Assembly (NCBI GenBank): GCA_965637545.1 | Contig: OZ281495.1 | Coordinates: forward strand, 4,154,001 to 4,218,000 | Length of the DNA: 64,000 nt | DNA from: Phallusia mammillata | Taxonomy: Eukaryota | Reading direction: 5' to 3' | Shown here: positions 45,806 to 58,266 of the stretch, piece by piece | Layout of the letters: every line of letters begins with the position of its first letter | How positions within the stretch are numbered: position 1 is the first letter of the stretch | Notes under the pieces: model-generated | What the model was told of the DNA's origin: nothing | What the model saw: the letters and a program-made list of their open reading frames with translations, nothing else | Databases searched by the model: none | Translations under genes and position numbers: made by a program

Positions 45806-48800
45806 ATGGAGTTTTGGTTCATTATGTTGACACTGACACTTTTTTTCTGTGTCCTTACTTGTTTTGTGGGAGTGACTGGTGACGCTAAAGAGACTTTTGG
45901 TAAGTCCTGTGCCATTGTATTAAACTCCACCACTTTTGAAAGTGTTACTTTGGTCATGATAAAAATATGCAGTGAGGTACATATTGTTTTCTGTTTTCAA
46001 ATTATAACTTTTTCACACAGGTATTAAGTTGGCACCAAACGAATGCAAGAATCTTAAACTGCTTCGTACCACCCGTATGTTGTCCATAAATGACTATACT
46101 ATTCGAAATGATGAACCGAAGCTGATTGAAGGAATTATCTTTGTTTTGTGGGTGAACTTCAAAAAATATATTATTGATTTAATTCAATTGATTAGATTTG
46201 TATTCTTGCAGCATTCTTAAATATATATATTGCTAATTAATACTATTCTTGAAAAGTAAAACACTATCTACTAAATCAGGCTTCCATATACATGGACAGA
46301 AAAACTTATACTTGATTTCAGTGATTGTTTGGTTAAGTGGTTAAACTATTTGTTATTATGCTGTCATTATTGTTTGCCTCAACTATATAGTCAAGTGGGG
46401 TAAAAAAAAACAATTTTTTGAAACTTTGTTGCCAAAGTTTTATTTTAGGCAACAAAAGGTCAATTTTTCTTCCCAATAAAGCTGATAGGACTACTTTTAT
46501 AGTAATGTGACAAGTTTTTGATTTTACTAAAAAACAAAAAAAATATTTGACAAAAACTGTTGTTCTTTTTTAACCCGAAAAAAGTACAAAAAAAAACAAT
46601 GTCGGGGTAAAAAAAAACATGTGGACATTAGGACCATTTAAAAAAAAATTTAGTGGCCGTTGGAACTTCAATTCAATTATATGAACTTAATCAACCATCT
46701 TAAAGTCAAACATAAGACAGAAATTTCATTAAAAACTCTGTTACAATCAATAAGCCAAAAAAAAACGAGCCACATAAAATTCTTTGTTTTCGAAATTTTA
46801 CAAACCAAACTTACAGCAGTTATTAAACTGTTTGTAAATTAATAAAACGCTTTCAAATTAGTGCTAAGACTTTCCATGGCTTTGTACCTTTATTGCACTG
46901 CATTTATTGCCTTTGATTTGGTCTTTTTTGTCATTTACCAGTCTTTTGTTGGTATGCAACTAGGTTTAAATAGAGCTCACCCACTTGCTGACTGGTCATG
47001 TAACCTAAAACCTTATTGAAATAAAGTTTAATTTTCTACCCCAAACTGCTTGAATTACCACATAATGATTTGATAACCTCTTTTTTTTACTTTGTAGCAT
47101 TTTTCTTTAGGCCTGGATCCCAATTTGTACTTTTAGCCATGCAGGTATACTTTTTGGTAAAAATTTCTGCAAAACTGGGGCCCCAAAGAAATTTTATACA
47201 ACTTTGGTTTAAGAACATGTTTTATAGGCTTTCTTTTTTATTTTCTAAACTTCCAGGTGACAAATAAAAATGTTTGGGCAAAAAAAATTTTTGGGGTGCA
47301 AAAAATACATAGTTTTTTATTACCCCATTCCTATAGAACCGTTTGGGGTAAAAACGAACAACAAGATATCTGAAAAAATTTAGAAGCTAGCCAAGTAGAG
47401 TCTTTTTTGTTTAATAGGTCATAGTTATGACACAACACAGAACAAAGGTCATTGACACCAAACTTGTAATAAAAAATCTGCAGGAAAGTTTCTAAAGGTT
47501 GTTGAAGACTTTTTAACATACGAATTTTACTACTGTTGTTTCAACCTGCAGAACATTGCCTACAAACAAAATCTGAGAATGGTTTATGGCTTATTTTAAT
47601 GGTAGAGAATAAATACATCCTATGAAAAAGAAACCATTTAAAAAAAAATTTTGGTTTAGCTGTGAGGATATTGTTTTTTTTTACCCCAACTTCAGCAAAA
47701 TTTTTTTTTACCCCATTTGACTATATATAAATTATGTAACAAGTGTATTTGTTTTACCTGTTTTCTTGTTGTCGTTTAGCACAAAAAGCAATAAAAATCT
47801 GCTGATTTGTGTTTCTGAACAAACTGGAAAAATGACATTTAACACAAGGAGAATTGATTTCAATGAGAGTAATAAAAAAAAGCCGGGACTTTTGAATGTC
47901 ACTGTTGATGATGGCCTTTTTTCAACCTCCGGCAAGTGTTTGAAAAAAATATAGGTCAAATATGTATATTACTTGCTTGTTCAAGTTGTATACCACTTTG
48001 TAAGGCCTGTACAGCGGGCCACCAGGCTCATTTGGTTTGTGTTTAATAGTGTGTTTTTGTGTGAAAGACGAAAACGGTATCGTTTGAAAGTCCTAATACA
48101 CTAAATCATTTTGGCAAAGCTCTAGCAATTATGAGTTTGCATGCGCTGTCTCTTTCTGCTGTAGTTGCACACTTAACCATTTATATATAATTGTGTTACA
48201 GATGCCAAACTTTTAGACCCTGAAAAGTGCACTATGTTTAACTATGGTAAATCTCTATCTGTATCTGTGTATATTTCAAACAAGATGTTTGCTTGTGATT
48301 GGAAGGCAGGTTCCACAATAACACATGAAGTTGACAATCTAAAGTTTGAATGGTGGGTGTCTTTTCTCTATACATGCATATATTGTGTGAATAAGTACTA
48401 ACAAATACTCAACAAAGAATGAGAAATGGTATAAAAATATACATGTTGTATTGCATTTCTGGTAGTGTCTTTGCTGTAACACTTCATGTTTTATTACTTT
48501 GAGTAGTTAATTTGTATATTAGTCAACATGGTAGTAAGCAAGACAGTGTAACGTTTATTGGCCTAATTGGCCTTTTTAGTCTAAAGTAACTATTTAAGCT
48601 ATTATATAACGCCAATTATTTTGAAGTATTATCTTACATTAATGTAGATTTTGTTATCAAGCTTATTCTACTATTGCTTGAGTTCATTGAATTGCTTACA
48701 GATTTTGTGCGAGAATTATAACTTTTAGTTAAAATTAAATCATTTTATGAAGATAAAACCTGTAAATAAACAAGACCTAGTTCCACTCCACCAAGTGATT

Positions 48801-50660
48801 TTAATAAAAATAACACACAAACAATTAGGACACACACAATGAGGGTTGTTTTTTTCCCACTTTGAATCTGACTTAGTCACAGCTTTTTCCAACTTACTTT
48901 TCTAATCATTGTGCTATGATTAGTTTTTTCAAGCGAAAAAATCAATTAGCAAAAACAAACATTAATATGATTGTAAAAAGTTTTTTTTTTCAATGCCTTG
49001 AAGTAAAGATGCCAAAAATGCTTGTGAAATTAAATCTATAATTGTTGTTTCAGTTTGAATCAGTCGGTGAAGTTGTGCCTGATGGAAAACTTTCATGGAA
49101 ACAAGCATTTCTTTTTATTTTCAAAGTTTAACGAAAGTGTCAAAACTGAAAAATTCCAAGTACACAGAAAAGGTTGGTTTGTTACATACAAAATATTGAA
49201 CATATAACATTATACTGATATGAAGGTTAAAGCGCACTTACTTTATCTTTTTTGTGAAAATAAAGCTTGACAGTTATATATCCAAATATTCTTCTTTGTT
49301 GTTTTTACATTAAAACCATTGCTGTACTGGTGTTATAAGGTGGGGGCGTGCAACATATGGCCTAATGGGTCATAGTCCAACCTGCAAGCTCTTTAGTGTT
49401 GCCCCCAGCAACACACTGATTGAGATGCAAAAATGCAAAACTTCTGAGTGTAGCAAAATTTTCCACTAGTTTTTGGTAAATCTCCTAAGTTGCTATACCA
49501 TACATAAAAAAATATACGCTAAATCAGCGTTTTCCAACCGGTGGATCATACAGCAGTTACAGCAAGTAGCCTATTTCACCAAATGTGATGTAACAATTCC
49601 CTTTATGTAGAAAACAATTGTTTTGTGCGAAAGCCAGTGTTGCGCTGAAACTCTGTATGTTGTAGAAAATAAAGTTATTCATTCATTTGAAAGAATTTTG
49701 AATCATTGTGCACATGAAAAAAAGTTATGTGGCCCTGGCTTGAGGTCCGGAATTGGTTATACGGCCCACCGACAAAAACTGTTGCACACCCCTGTTATAA
49801 GGCATCAAACATAGTTTCTGCCTCATTGATGCTATGCAAAAAATTGAGTTTGGTACATCTGTTTACCATGTTTGACAAGAGTAATGTTTAATAATTATTA
49901 CTGTTTAGGCCATGATTTGGGATGGGTCGCTGGGATTGTAATTGTTGTGGTCATTGCTGCTTCTGCTTTTGGCTGCATAGTATGGTGTAAGGTAAGCAAA
50001 GTAATGTGGGTTTGACCTTTGGCTGCTTCACAGGTTATAATTTCAGCACTGATCTCCAGTGTTTGCATGGTTTTTGTTTACAAATTTCAAACCCCTAAGT
50101 TTTAATCAATTGTACACCTGATACATACATTTTGATATACATAAGCACGGCCACACACCGAAACAATTTAAATTTAATACAGCATAATCTAAAGGAAAGG
50201 TTTGACCTTTCTTTTAAACTATAGGCATGTTATCTCAAGTAAAACACCCTGTTGCAAATAGTACCCTTTTCATTCGTCACTAGTGGTTTCTGTATCCAGT
50301 TTGGGCCACAGTGTTCTAAATTGAAAAGTCATGGATAAAACATAACTTTCGCATTGAGACCCAACAAATATGTGTTACACTTTCATGTAATATATATATG
50401 TTTACCATTACAATAAGTCATGGTTGCTCAACTAAGCAAAAACTGTTAATGTAAGATGGTCAGTTATCAGCAAAACAAAAATCACTGAGCTTCACTGAGG
50501 CTGATCGCTTAACCCTATTATACAAAGATTATTAAAAGCTGACTAGCTTGTTTATTTTTTAAAGAAAAGAAAAAACTCAAAAGAGTCAGCAAGAATGGAT
50601 GAAGTTTATACCATTTCACAAATGAAACATGCAGAGCAGGAACAAGCATTTAAAGTTTAA
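45806..50660 (+). CDS. Gene B: complete type I membrane protein with signal peptide, two tandem copies of an unrecognised about 90-aa two-Cys domain, TM and a 32-codon cytoplasmic exon
   Basis: Exons 45806-45899 (MEFWFIMLTLTLFFCVLTCFVGVTG), 46021-46147, 47780-47931 (GC donor), 48202-48352, 49054-49172, 49909-49991 (GWVAGIVIVVVIAASAFGCIVWCK), 50565-50660 (KRKNSKESARMDEVYTISQMKHAEQEQAFKV*). Phases 1,2,1,2,1,0 all fit. Confidence 0.75.
46388..47723. mobile_element. Non-autonomous TIR DNA transposon (about 1.34 kb) in a gene B intron; superfamily unclear
   Basis: tagtcaagtggggtaaaaaaaaa ... tttttttttaccccatttgacta, flanked by tata on both sides; subterminal ggggtaaaaa/tttttacccc repeats at about 46604, 47345 and 47680. 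Confidence 0.8.
49341..49794. mobile_element. hAT MITE (454 bp) in a gene B intron
   Basis: Ends tgggggcgtgcaac / gttgcacacccctg; 8-bp TSD ttataagg at 49333-49340 and 49795-49802. Confidence 0.8.
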
Positions 50661-52150
50661 ATTGTGTTTGGCAGTTTTCTTCAGTACAAAGTGAAGTTGT
50701 GCAATTTGTATAGACAGGTTGGGCTGGGCAAAACCAGATTACACGGTATCAAGCATGCTGTTTTCAATGCTCAGTGCTTGGACAAGTAGTAAATGCGCTA
50801 GATGGTGGGACAGACACCCTTCTGGGGTATGTGAGCCTAATACTTGATCGTGACAATTGAACCTTGAAAAGCTGCAAAACTAGCATGGATTTGGAAATGT
50901 TTGTGACATCACAATGCACCAAGTGTGCCCTGCTGAGCAGCAAGGATCAACATGAGAAGCTGGGTAACCAAACAGAACATTTGCAATTTTAGCAACTTCC
51001 TAGGAATTTGTACTTTATTTTTATTCCTCTTCAATCTTTACTGACGTTTTACCTTCTTACAAATCTACTGCACTGTCCTCACTGCAATCCAGTATTGTAC
51101 CTTTCTTCCTTATTTAAAAAAATCTGTAGCTGTGTTAAGCCTTTTTTGCGGGTTTCTTGTTTACTTGTCATTTTTGATGTGTTTGACATTTGTTTACCCA
51201 ATCTCATGGCACTAAATTTAATAGATTTACATTATTATAAAACAATATCTTTTAGGTGAGTCCAGTTTATAGTCAGGGAGTACAAAGCATAAATGCAGAA
51301 AGGACAAGACTTAAAAAAAGAAATACAATTTTGTGGAATTACTGTTTAACAATTTTTTAAGGGTTTAAAAATGTGCAAACAATCTGACAATTTTACTTCA
51401 GAATTTTGTGTTCTATAGTTCAGTTTTGTAAACCTTTATCAGACATTGCAGACCTGCATTTCAGTGCAGCTGGCGATAGGCGGTATTATCTAGTGTAGCG
51501 AGTTATTTAAAACCCATATGTGACTGAACATAGGAAGTGGTTCAAGTATTATTGCTTCCCTTATTAAGTTTAATACGATCCGAAGTAAAACTACACAAAT
51601 TGTAAGATGACAAATTCGGGGTAAGTTGTTATTGTCAAAATAGACATCTGAGAGTAATAGTTTATAACCACTGTAAAAACGACTTAAAAACGAGTCTTTA
51701 ATACACACAAAATATAACAGCAACAGTAAACGTAAATTTACAGTTAGGGGATTTACCATATGGTAGTTTTTACTGTTTTGTGACTTAAAAATCGTAGGGT
51801 GTTCCAAATCGTACGTAATATGTTGAGTACAAATTGACTCTGGCGAATCCGACCAACACAATATAATTCCAACCTGTTAGTGAAAATGTCAAAAGTTACT
51901 GACATAAATGCCAACAATACGATGTCTATTATTCGCACAGTTGGTAATATGGATTTCATGACGCCACCATTGTTATTGACAAAACAGGAACCAAATGTAA
52001 AATGATCTCAATACAGGAACTAGCCTTTGCAGTTAGACTTTCAGCGTTTATTATTAATGTTTAAAGCCAGCGGGTAATGTCTTCTTGCCAGACAAACGAG
52101 TAAACTTAAATTGGGTTTGTTTCATTTTGCTTGACTAACAACAAATGCTA

Positions 52151-52240
52151 GCCTTGCGTGTTTTTCAAACTCAGTCACTCCCTGCCTTGCGTGTTTTTTA
52201 AACTCAGTGACTGCCAGCGAGTTTTTCAAACTCAGTGCTG
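52151..52240 (+). repeat. Three imperfect 27-33-bp tandem units
   Basis: gccttgcgtgtttttcaaactcagt-type unit at 52151, 52184 and 52214. Confidence 0.8.
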
Positions 52241-52772
52241 TTCCAGATCCAGTAGCTGGTGTGTACCGTTTTTTTAGTAAAAGTTAGCACAGCAAAACAA
52301 TCGGTAGTTCTGGGTTGAACGTGCAGCGGTAGTCAGAATGTGTGATGATCTAACTGTTAGATCATTATGAGATGTTATACGACGGGAATAAGGTAAAATT
52401 GTGAGACTAAGTTACCAGGGATATATCCTAACCATTCTTAGCAGATTTCGGTTTCAAACCCCAACTTTACAAAACAGAAACCCGATGAGGCGTAAATATT
52501 AATTTACTACAACTGATTGAAATGAGAGCCGACGTTTAGCAAACCTTAATGTACAGCTACGACTAAGATATTAAAGGAAGGGACAATCTAACTTTGTTGG
52601 TTACTACAAAACGGTTATTCATTTGAATTTTTTGATTTGACTGTTACATACGACTAGCAAGTTACCTTTAAATATTTTCACGCAAACAGGCATAACATAT
52701 TCTTAGACATTTGAAATGGTTATACATTTTACTGGATGAGAAAATCATTATGAACAGACAACATAGTTAATC

Positions 52773-55478
52773 ATGGAGGTAAATATAAAACAAAAACACC
52801 GTTATTTTGTATAGCTCTGCTTTATTTGTTAGTCTGCTTGTCATCTTAACTCAACTCGTTGCAAATCAATTGAATTAAGAATAGTTTGGTGGTTTACCCC
52901 GGTTGAATTAATTTGTACTTAAAACATGTCTAGAACATCACAGGTCCATTACAGAAGTGATGAACGTAAGGTCACTACTTTATCCATCGATATAAAATCC
53001 GTTTCACTTTCATGAATTTAAATATGAAAGATGAAACATAATTCTTACCATTAGTTGATAAACGGTGGTAAATGGTAAAAAATGCTTAACGTCAAAACTA
53101 CCTAGTTATAGACCTATTCGAGCTGTGTTATATTACTTTGTATTTTAAATTGGCTACTAAACTAAACATATTACTTTTGCGTGTAGGGGTTTGAGAGCTG
53201 CCAACCTCATAATATATATTGTTACGCCGGCAATCGAGGTTTACTCGGCAAAGGAAAATTTGGTTTTGTCCGACTCGGGCAAATGAACGGCAAAGATGTT
53301 GCACTGAAATGTTTTAACCTGAAATCAAGACCATTAGGAGTTTTACTAACACCAGAAACGTACGTGGGTTTGTTTTGTAGCTTAATCCGTAGTTAATCAA
53401 TGGGAACGTGGGCTGAACACGGAAGTACGTCGAACCGCAGATAAACTGTGGCTAGAGTGTGCTGTGCTGACAATAAATACTACGTCTTGCGAAATACAAT
53501 GACCAAATAGACCTACTATTTGGTAGCCTGCAATGAAACGTCCCACCGAAGGCTTGTACCTCATTAGTGATGAAGTATGCCACTTTTTAGGTCATAATAA
53601 GGAATTGCATTATTCATTAGTTTATAGTTATATGAGCCATGGTTTGACTTATTGGTCAATAGGATCATCTATGTATAACTAAGCAGCATTGCCTTAATTT
53701 TTAGAATTTCAAATGAGTTTGAGTTGCTTTCCACGACACACCACGAAAACGTTGTAAAAACATTCGGGTTAACGCAATGGAATGAAAACAATTGGATGGC
53801 GATTGTGACGGAATATTTGCCCTGCGGTGATCTTGCATGGTTTTTGTATGGCACAAGCGATGGTAAAAGCAAAAATTATGACATCAGCTTTCCTTTGCAA
53901 GTACGACTAATTTATGACGTTACCAAGGGGGTGGAGCATTTACACAATCTTCCGGGAGGAGGTCACGTGGTTCACGCAGACTTGTCATGTAACAACATTT
54001 TACTGACCGACAATCTTACATGTAAAATTGCTGATTTCGGCAGTGCATGTTATTTCAGTGATGATAAGCAAGAAAACGGAAAGAAAGTCCCATTTCCAGT
54101 CAGTTTCTCTGCCCCTGAACTTGTCAGTGACATGGCATTCCCAAGCAAGCAGACAGACGTCTACAGCGTAGGTACGGTTATCCAGACTGTGCTTTACCGG
54201 TTTCGGCCATTTTCACACATTTTGTATGGCCCTCCAGTTAGTCGCGAGGAAGCTAATGCCGTAGTTTTAAACAATGCACCATTTCCTGATGATGAACGTA
54301 CGCTTGTCCGTAGTAAAGCCAAACAACAGGGATACACGGATTTGTTTACTACGATTGAAGCAGAGGGAAACAGATGTCGAAGTCAAAGGCCAAATGACCG
54401 CCCACAGATTACTGACGTCCGTGAAAAATTTGGCTGTCTACTTAAAAAACACTACCCTACAGGGGACGAAATCCAAACCATTGTGAAGTTGGTAAATTTT
54501 CAAGGAACTTCAGATGAAACTAAACTCGTTCCACTTTCAAAAGTTTGTCCGGAAGATGGAGGTTTACTTCCAAATCGAAATGGTAAGCAACGACCACAAA
54601 TTAAGAGAAAAGGAACGAAAAACAATGGAGTGTGTAGGAAGCGAGTAGCAAGTCATACCAAGGTGTCTATATCTTCTAAAACATCGTCGACAGGTAGGTG
54701 TTAAACAGTCAGCAATAAATCAGGGGCCTAATCTTTGACAATATCGTCCATATTTTATTAAGATTGTCCGCATTGACTAAGAAAGTCACTACAAACTGTG
54801 TGGTGTCAATGAATTTAAAGTTAGTTTCATGCCTCTTTTCGAAATACATGACACACAAAAAAGTATAAGGAGCATGGAACTTTTGTCAGGTCAGGAGAAG
54901 ATAATTGACAGACACAGAAGAATTACAAGACAAAGCCAACAAAGGAAACAGCCAGCAGACAACACATCTACCTTACATACCTTGTCAGCAGGTCAGTAAA
55001 AAACAATACCAGGGTCACAAAAGATATTCGCTCACAAAAGGTAATTTGATAAGCATGTCTTTTTGTAGCTTGTTACGATTATCCAAGAACAATTACATTT
55101 TATATTTTTATTAGTTTTTGAACAGAATGCTTGCAAACACCGAGTCCAACTTCAAAACGGTTTAAATGTTCCATTCAAGATGGGCTGCAAAGAGAGACGA
55201 AAGAAAAATCCCTTTTACAAGGTCAGTTCAAAAGTAACAATAACAAATCCGTCCAATGAAGCTTAGATACATAAAGTAACACATAGTACCAAGATGTAAA
55301 ATAGAAAAAAATGGTTTATTTAGAAAACTAGCCAAACAGGTGATTTATGTTTAATGATTAAGATTATATTTTGAGGCTACTGTATTTAACCTGGATTATG
55401 TGAATTTGCACTTGTTTTAGTACAAACGCTTCTTTACTTTTACTCTTGTGTTATTTAGGCGCCACTGGTAATGCATAA
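52773..55478 (+). CDS. K5: RIPK-like TKL kinase with an atypical catalytic loop
   Basis: ATG GAG|gtaaat at 52773-52778; exons 53187-53359 (GKGKFGFV, VALK), 53705-54693 (HADLSCNN, DFG, PVSFSAPE), 54890-54991, 55126-55221; tentative last exon 55459-55478. Confidence 0.8.
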
Positions 55479-55703
55479 CAAACAATTTTATATTACAGCA
55501 ACGGAAAGAAATGGTCGGCTTGGATCCCAGTAGTTCAGCTATTCTGTGAAATTATTTTCTGTTTTATCGTTGATTGCATTTGTATGCAACTGGCTTTTTT
55601 TCGGATTTGTCGTCAGTTCTAAAAAATTAGCATCTACATAGCATCATTGTTATAATGTAAACTAGCTCGTCCTACTTTGTACTTGCAATTTAATAGAGTA
55701 TAC

Positions 55704-55998
55704 CAGTGATTTTCAACCGATGTTCCGGGAAACACTAGTGTTCCGTGAAAGATCGTCAGGTGTTCCGCGAGAAATTTGCTATTTTGAATATAGGATACTA
55801 ATGTTTTAGGCTTCCATGCTTTGACTAGCGTTTTATGTCGAACACCGGTCGAAAATCACTGATTTAGCGGTTACCGCAATTTAGCGTTTTAGTGTCCCTC
55901 CCTAGTTGTTTCATTGCCTCAAAATTTCGTTTGGTGTTCCGCAAAATTATTTTAATGCATCAAGTGTTCCGTGGCTTAAAAAAGGTTGAAAAACACTG
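55704..55998. mobile_element. hAT MITE (295 bp)
   Basis: TIRs cagtgattttcaacc / ggttgaaaaacactg; 8-bp TSD gagtatac on both sides; subterminal gtgttccg repeats. Confidence 0.9.
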
Positions 55999-56468
55999 GA
56001 GTATACTGTATTAGTTTTGCTGAATTCGCATGTCGGTACACTGTTAAAAAAGTTCGTAAATTTTACTGTGTGCGGCCGCGTAAGATTTTTCAGTAAAATC
56101 GTTTTACGCATGCTGTTCCGTAAAAACGGCGTGGTTTCGTTGGTGCAGGAAAGCCAACCAATCACAATCGCGCAATTTTTTTTCTCTTTTGTCTAAGAGA
56201 GTTCTCTCAGAAGTTACGGGCAAAGTTGTCTGCGAGGTCATGTTGTCTGCTCGATTAAAAGTAAAGTGTGAATTTGCGTTTTTACGTCAATTACCTAATT
56301 TTGAATCCTAATTTTGTGTATAAGTAACAAATTAGGGTTTACAAGTTAAACTTGCGATCCAGTAGCTGTGTAAGACGCCAATACAGGTACGGTAAGTGGT
56401 ATGTAGACAACAAGTCTTATTGATACCTGTATTATAATGGTTTTTGTTTTGAAGAAAGTTTTAGGAAT

Positions 56469-58247
56469 ATGGATAGTGAATATAATTTTGTATGTTCTTT
56501 GGCAACCTTTCAGTATGTTCCAATTATACAAACATTACAAGCTTTGTTCACTGATGAAACTGTACAATACCAGTTTCTTTACCCGAAAACAAGTTCATCC
56601 AATTTGACTGATTTTTCTGATGGTCTAGTGTGGAAACAAAACTCATTTTTCACAAGAAATGATAAGACGCTAAAGATCTTGTTATACCAAGATGCTTTTG
56701 AAATTGCAAACCTACTGGGGTCAGCTAAAAGAAAACATAAAGTGTTGGGAGTTTATTTTACACTTGCAAACTTCTATCCATTTAATCGGTCTAAAACTGA
56801 CAACTTTCAACTTGTTCTGCTGTGCAAAGATCAACATTTTAATGCAAATACTATGAACACAGTTCTTCGACCTTTAATCAATGATTTAAAATTTTTAGAA
56901 AGTAATGGAATCGATTTGGGATTTGCAACAAAAGTTTATGGAAGCATTTTATGCATAGCTGGTGACAATCTTGGCAGTCACCAGATCGGTGGGTTTACCT
57001 CCAACTTTAGCACAGTATCTCATATTTGCCGATACTGTACCATCACTCAAGATGACATTGAAAGAGATTGGGCTGTTGAAAGTCCAATGAGGACAATTGA
57101 GTCCTACAATTTATGTCTGCATAAAGAACCTGGTTCTTTCTCCAGTCACAATCAGGGGATTAAGCAAAATAGCATTTTCAATGATTTGCAGTATTTTCAT
57201 GTATGTTCCCCTGGTTTACCACCATGCATAGCCCATGATATGTTTGAAGGGGTGATACAGTATGACATGATGCTGTTTATTAATTATTTTGTTAAAAGGA
57301 AATGGTTTAGTGTTGATTATCTTAACTTTAAATTATGGGGGTTTAAATACATAAATCAAGATCGGATAAGCAAACCAGCCAGAATTGCTCTTAGTGGAAA
57401 AAGACTGGTAGGCAATGCTAGTCAAAACTGGTGCTTTCTCCGCCTGTTTCCGTTGTTTATTTTTGCAAAAGTGAAAGATGTGGAAGACCCAGTATGGAAG
57501 CTTGTGTTAACTTTACGTTTAATAACTGAAATTGTGGCATCTTCATCAATCAGCAAAGCTGCTGTTTGTCATTTAAAATTTTTGACTTTTAAGTATTTGC
57601 ACAACAGAGTTATGGCATTTCCCAATGTGCCCTTACGCCCAAAGCATCATTACATGAGACATTACCCTTGGTCTATAATTCAGTTTGGTCCCATAGCTCA
57701 TGCATCAACTCTCCGGTTTGAAAGTAAGCACTCTTACTTTAAACAGGTCATCCGACGTACAAAAAACTTTATTAATGTTTGATTAACTTTAGCCCATAGC
57801 CATCAGCTGCTCCAGGCATGCTTGCTTGAAAATTCATTTTTTGGCCCTGATATTGTTGCTGTTTCACCACCAACTCAGTTTTCTGGTACAATAATGACTG
57901 TAATTCAAAATGGTGGTTTTGATGTGTGGAAATGTGTTCTGCTAACTTCTGCAAAATTCCAAGGTGTCACTTATGTTGCAGGCATGCTTGTTGTTTTATC
58001 AAAACTTGGATATGATTTACAAGTGGGAGTTATACATGCCATTTTTATTGTAGAATCTAAACTGTACTTTGTTGTTTTCCCTAAATTTGCTCATTTTTCC
58101 CCACAACATGGTGTATATGAAGTCAATAATCATGATGGTGCTTTCAAATGTGTTTGCATTGATGAGTTGTTTAACAAATTGCCACTGAATGTATATGTCA
58201 TTGACCAAAAAGCAATGTTTGTTTTGAAACAATGCATCTGTGTTTAG
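56469..58247 (+). pseudogene. EnSpm-type transposase with an in-frame TGA at 57780-57782
   Basis: Motifs FQYVPI, LYQDAFE...LGSAKRKHK, GDNLGSHQIGGF...CRYC, PPCIAHDMFEG, PKHHYMRHYP, LRFESKH. ORFs 56469-57782 and 57822-58247 share one frame (INV*LTLAHSHQLLQAC). Confidence 0.85.
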
Positions 58248-58266
58248 GTTTATTTTATGCTTAAAA

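Noticed and set aside
50565-50660. ITIM in the gene B cytoplasmic tail (EVYTIS)
   Set aside because: Does not fit S/I/V/L-x-Y-x-x-I/V/L; it is just a single Tyr.
55459-55467. 9-nt microexon GCGCCACTG in K5
   Set aside because: The following intron would be only 31 nt; better read as a short terminal exon ending TAA at 55478.
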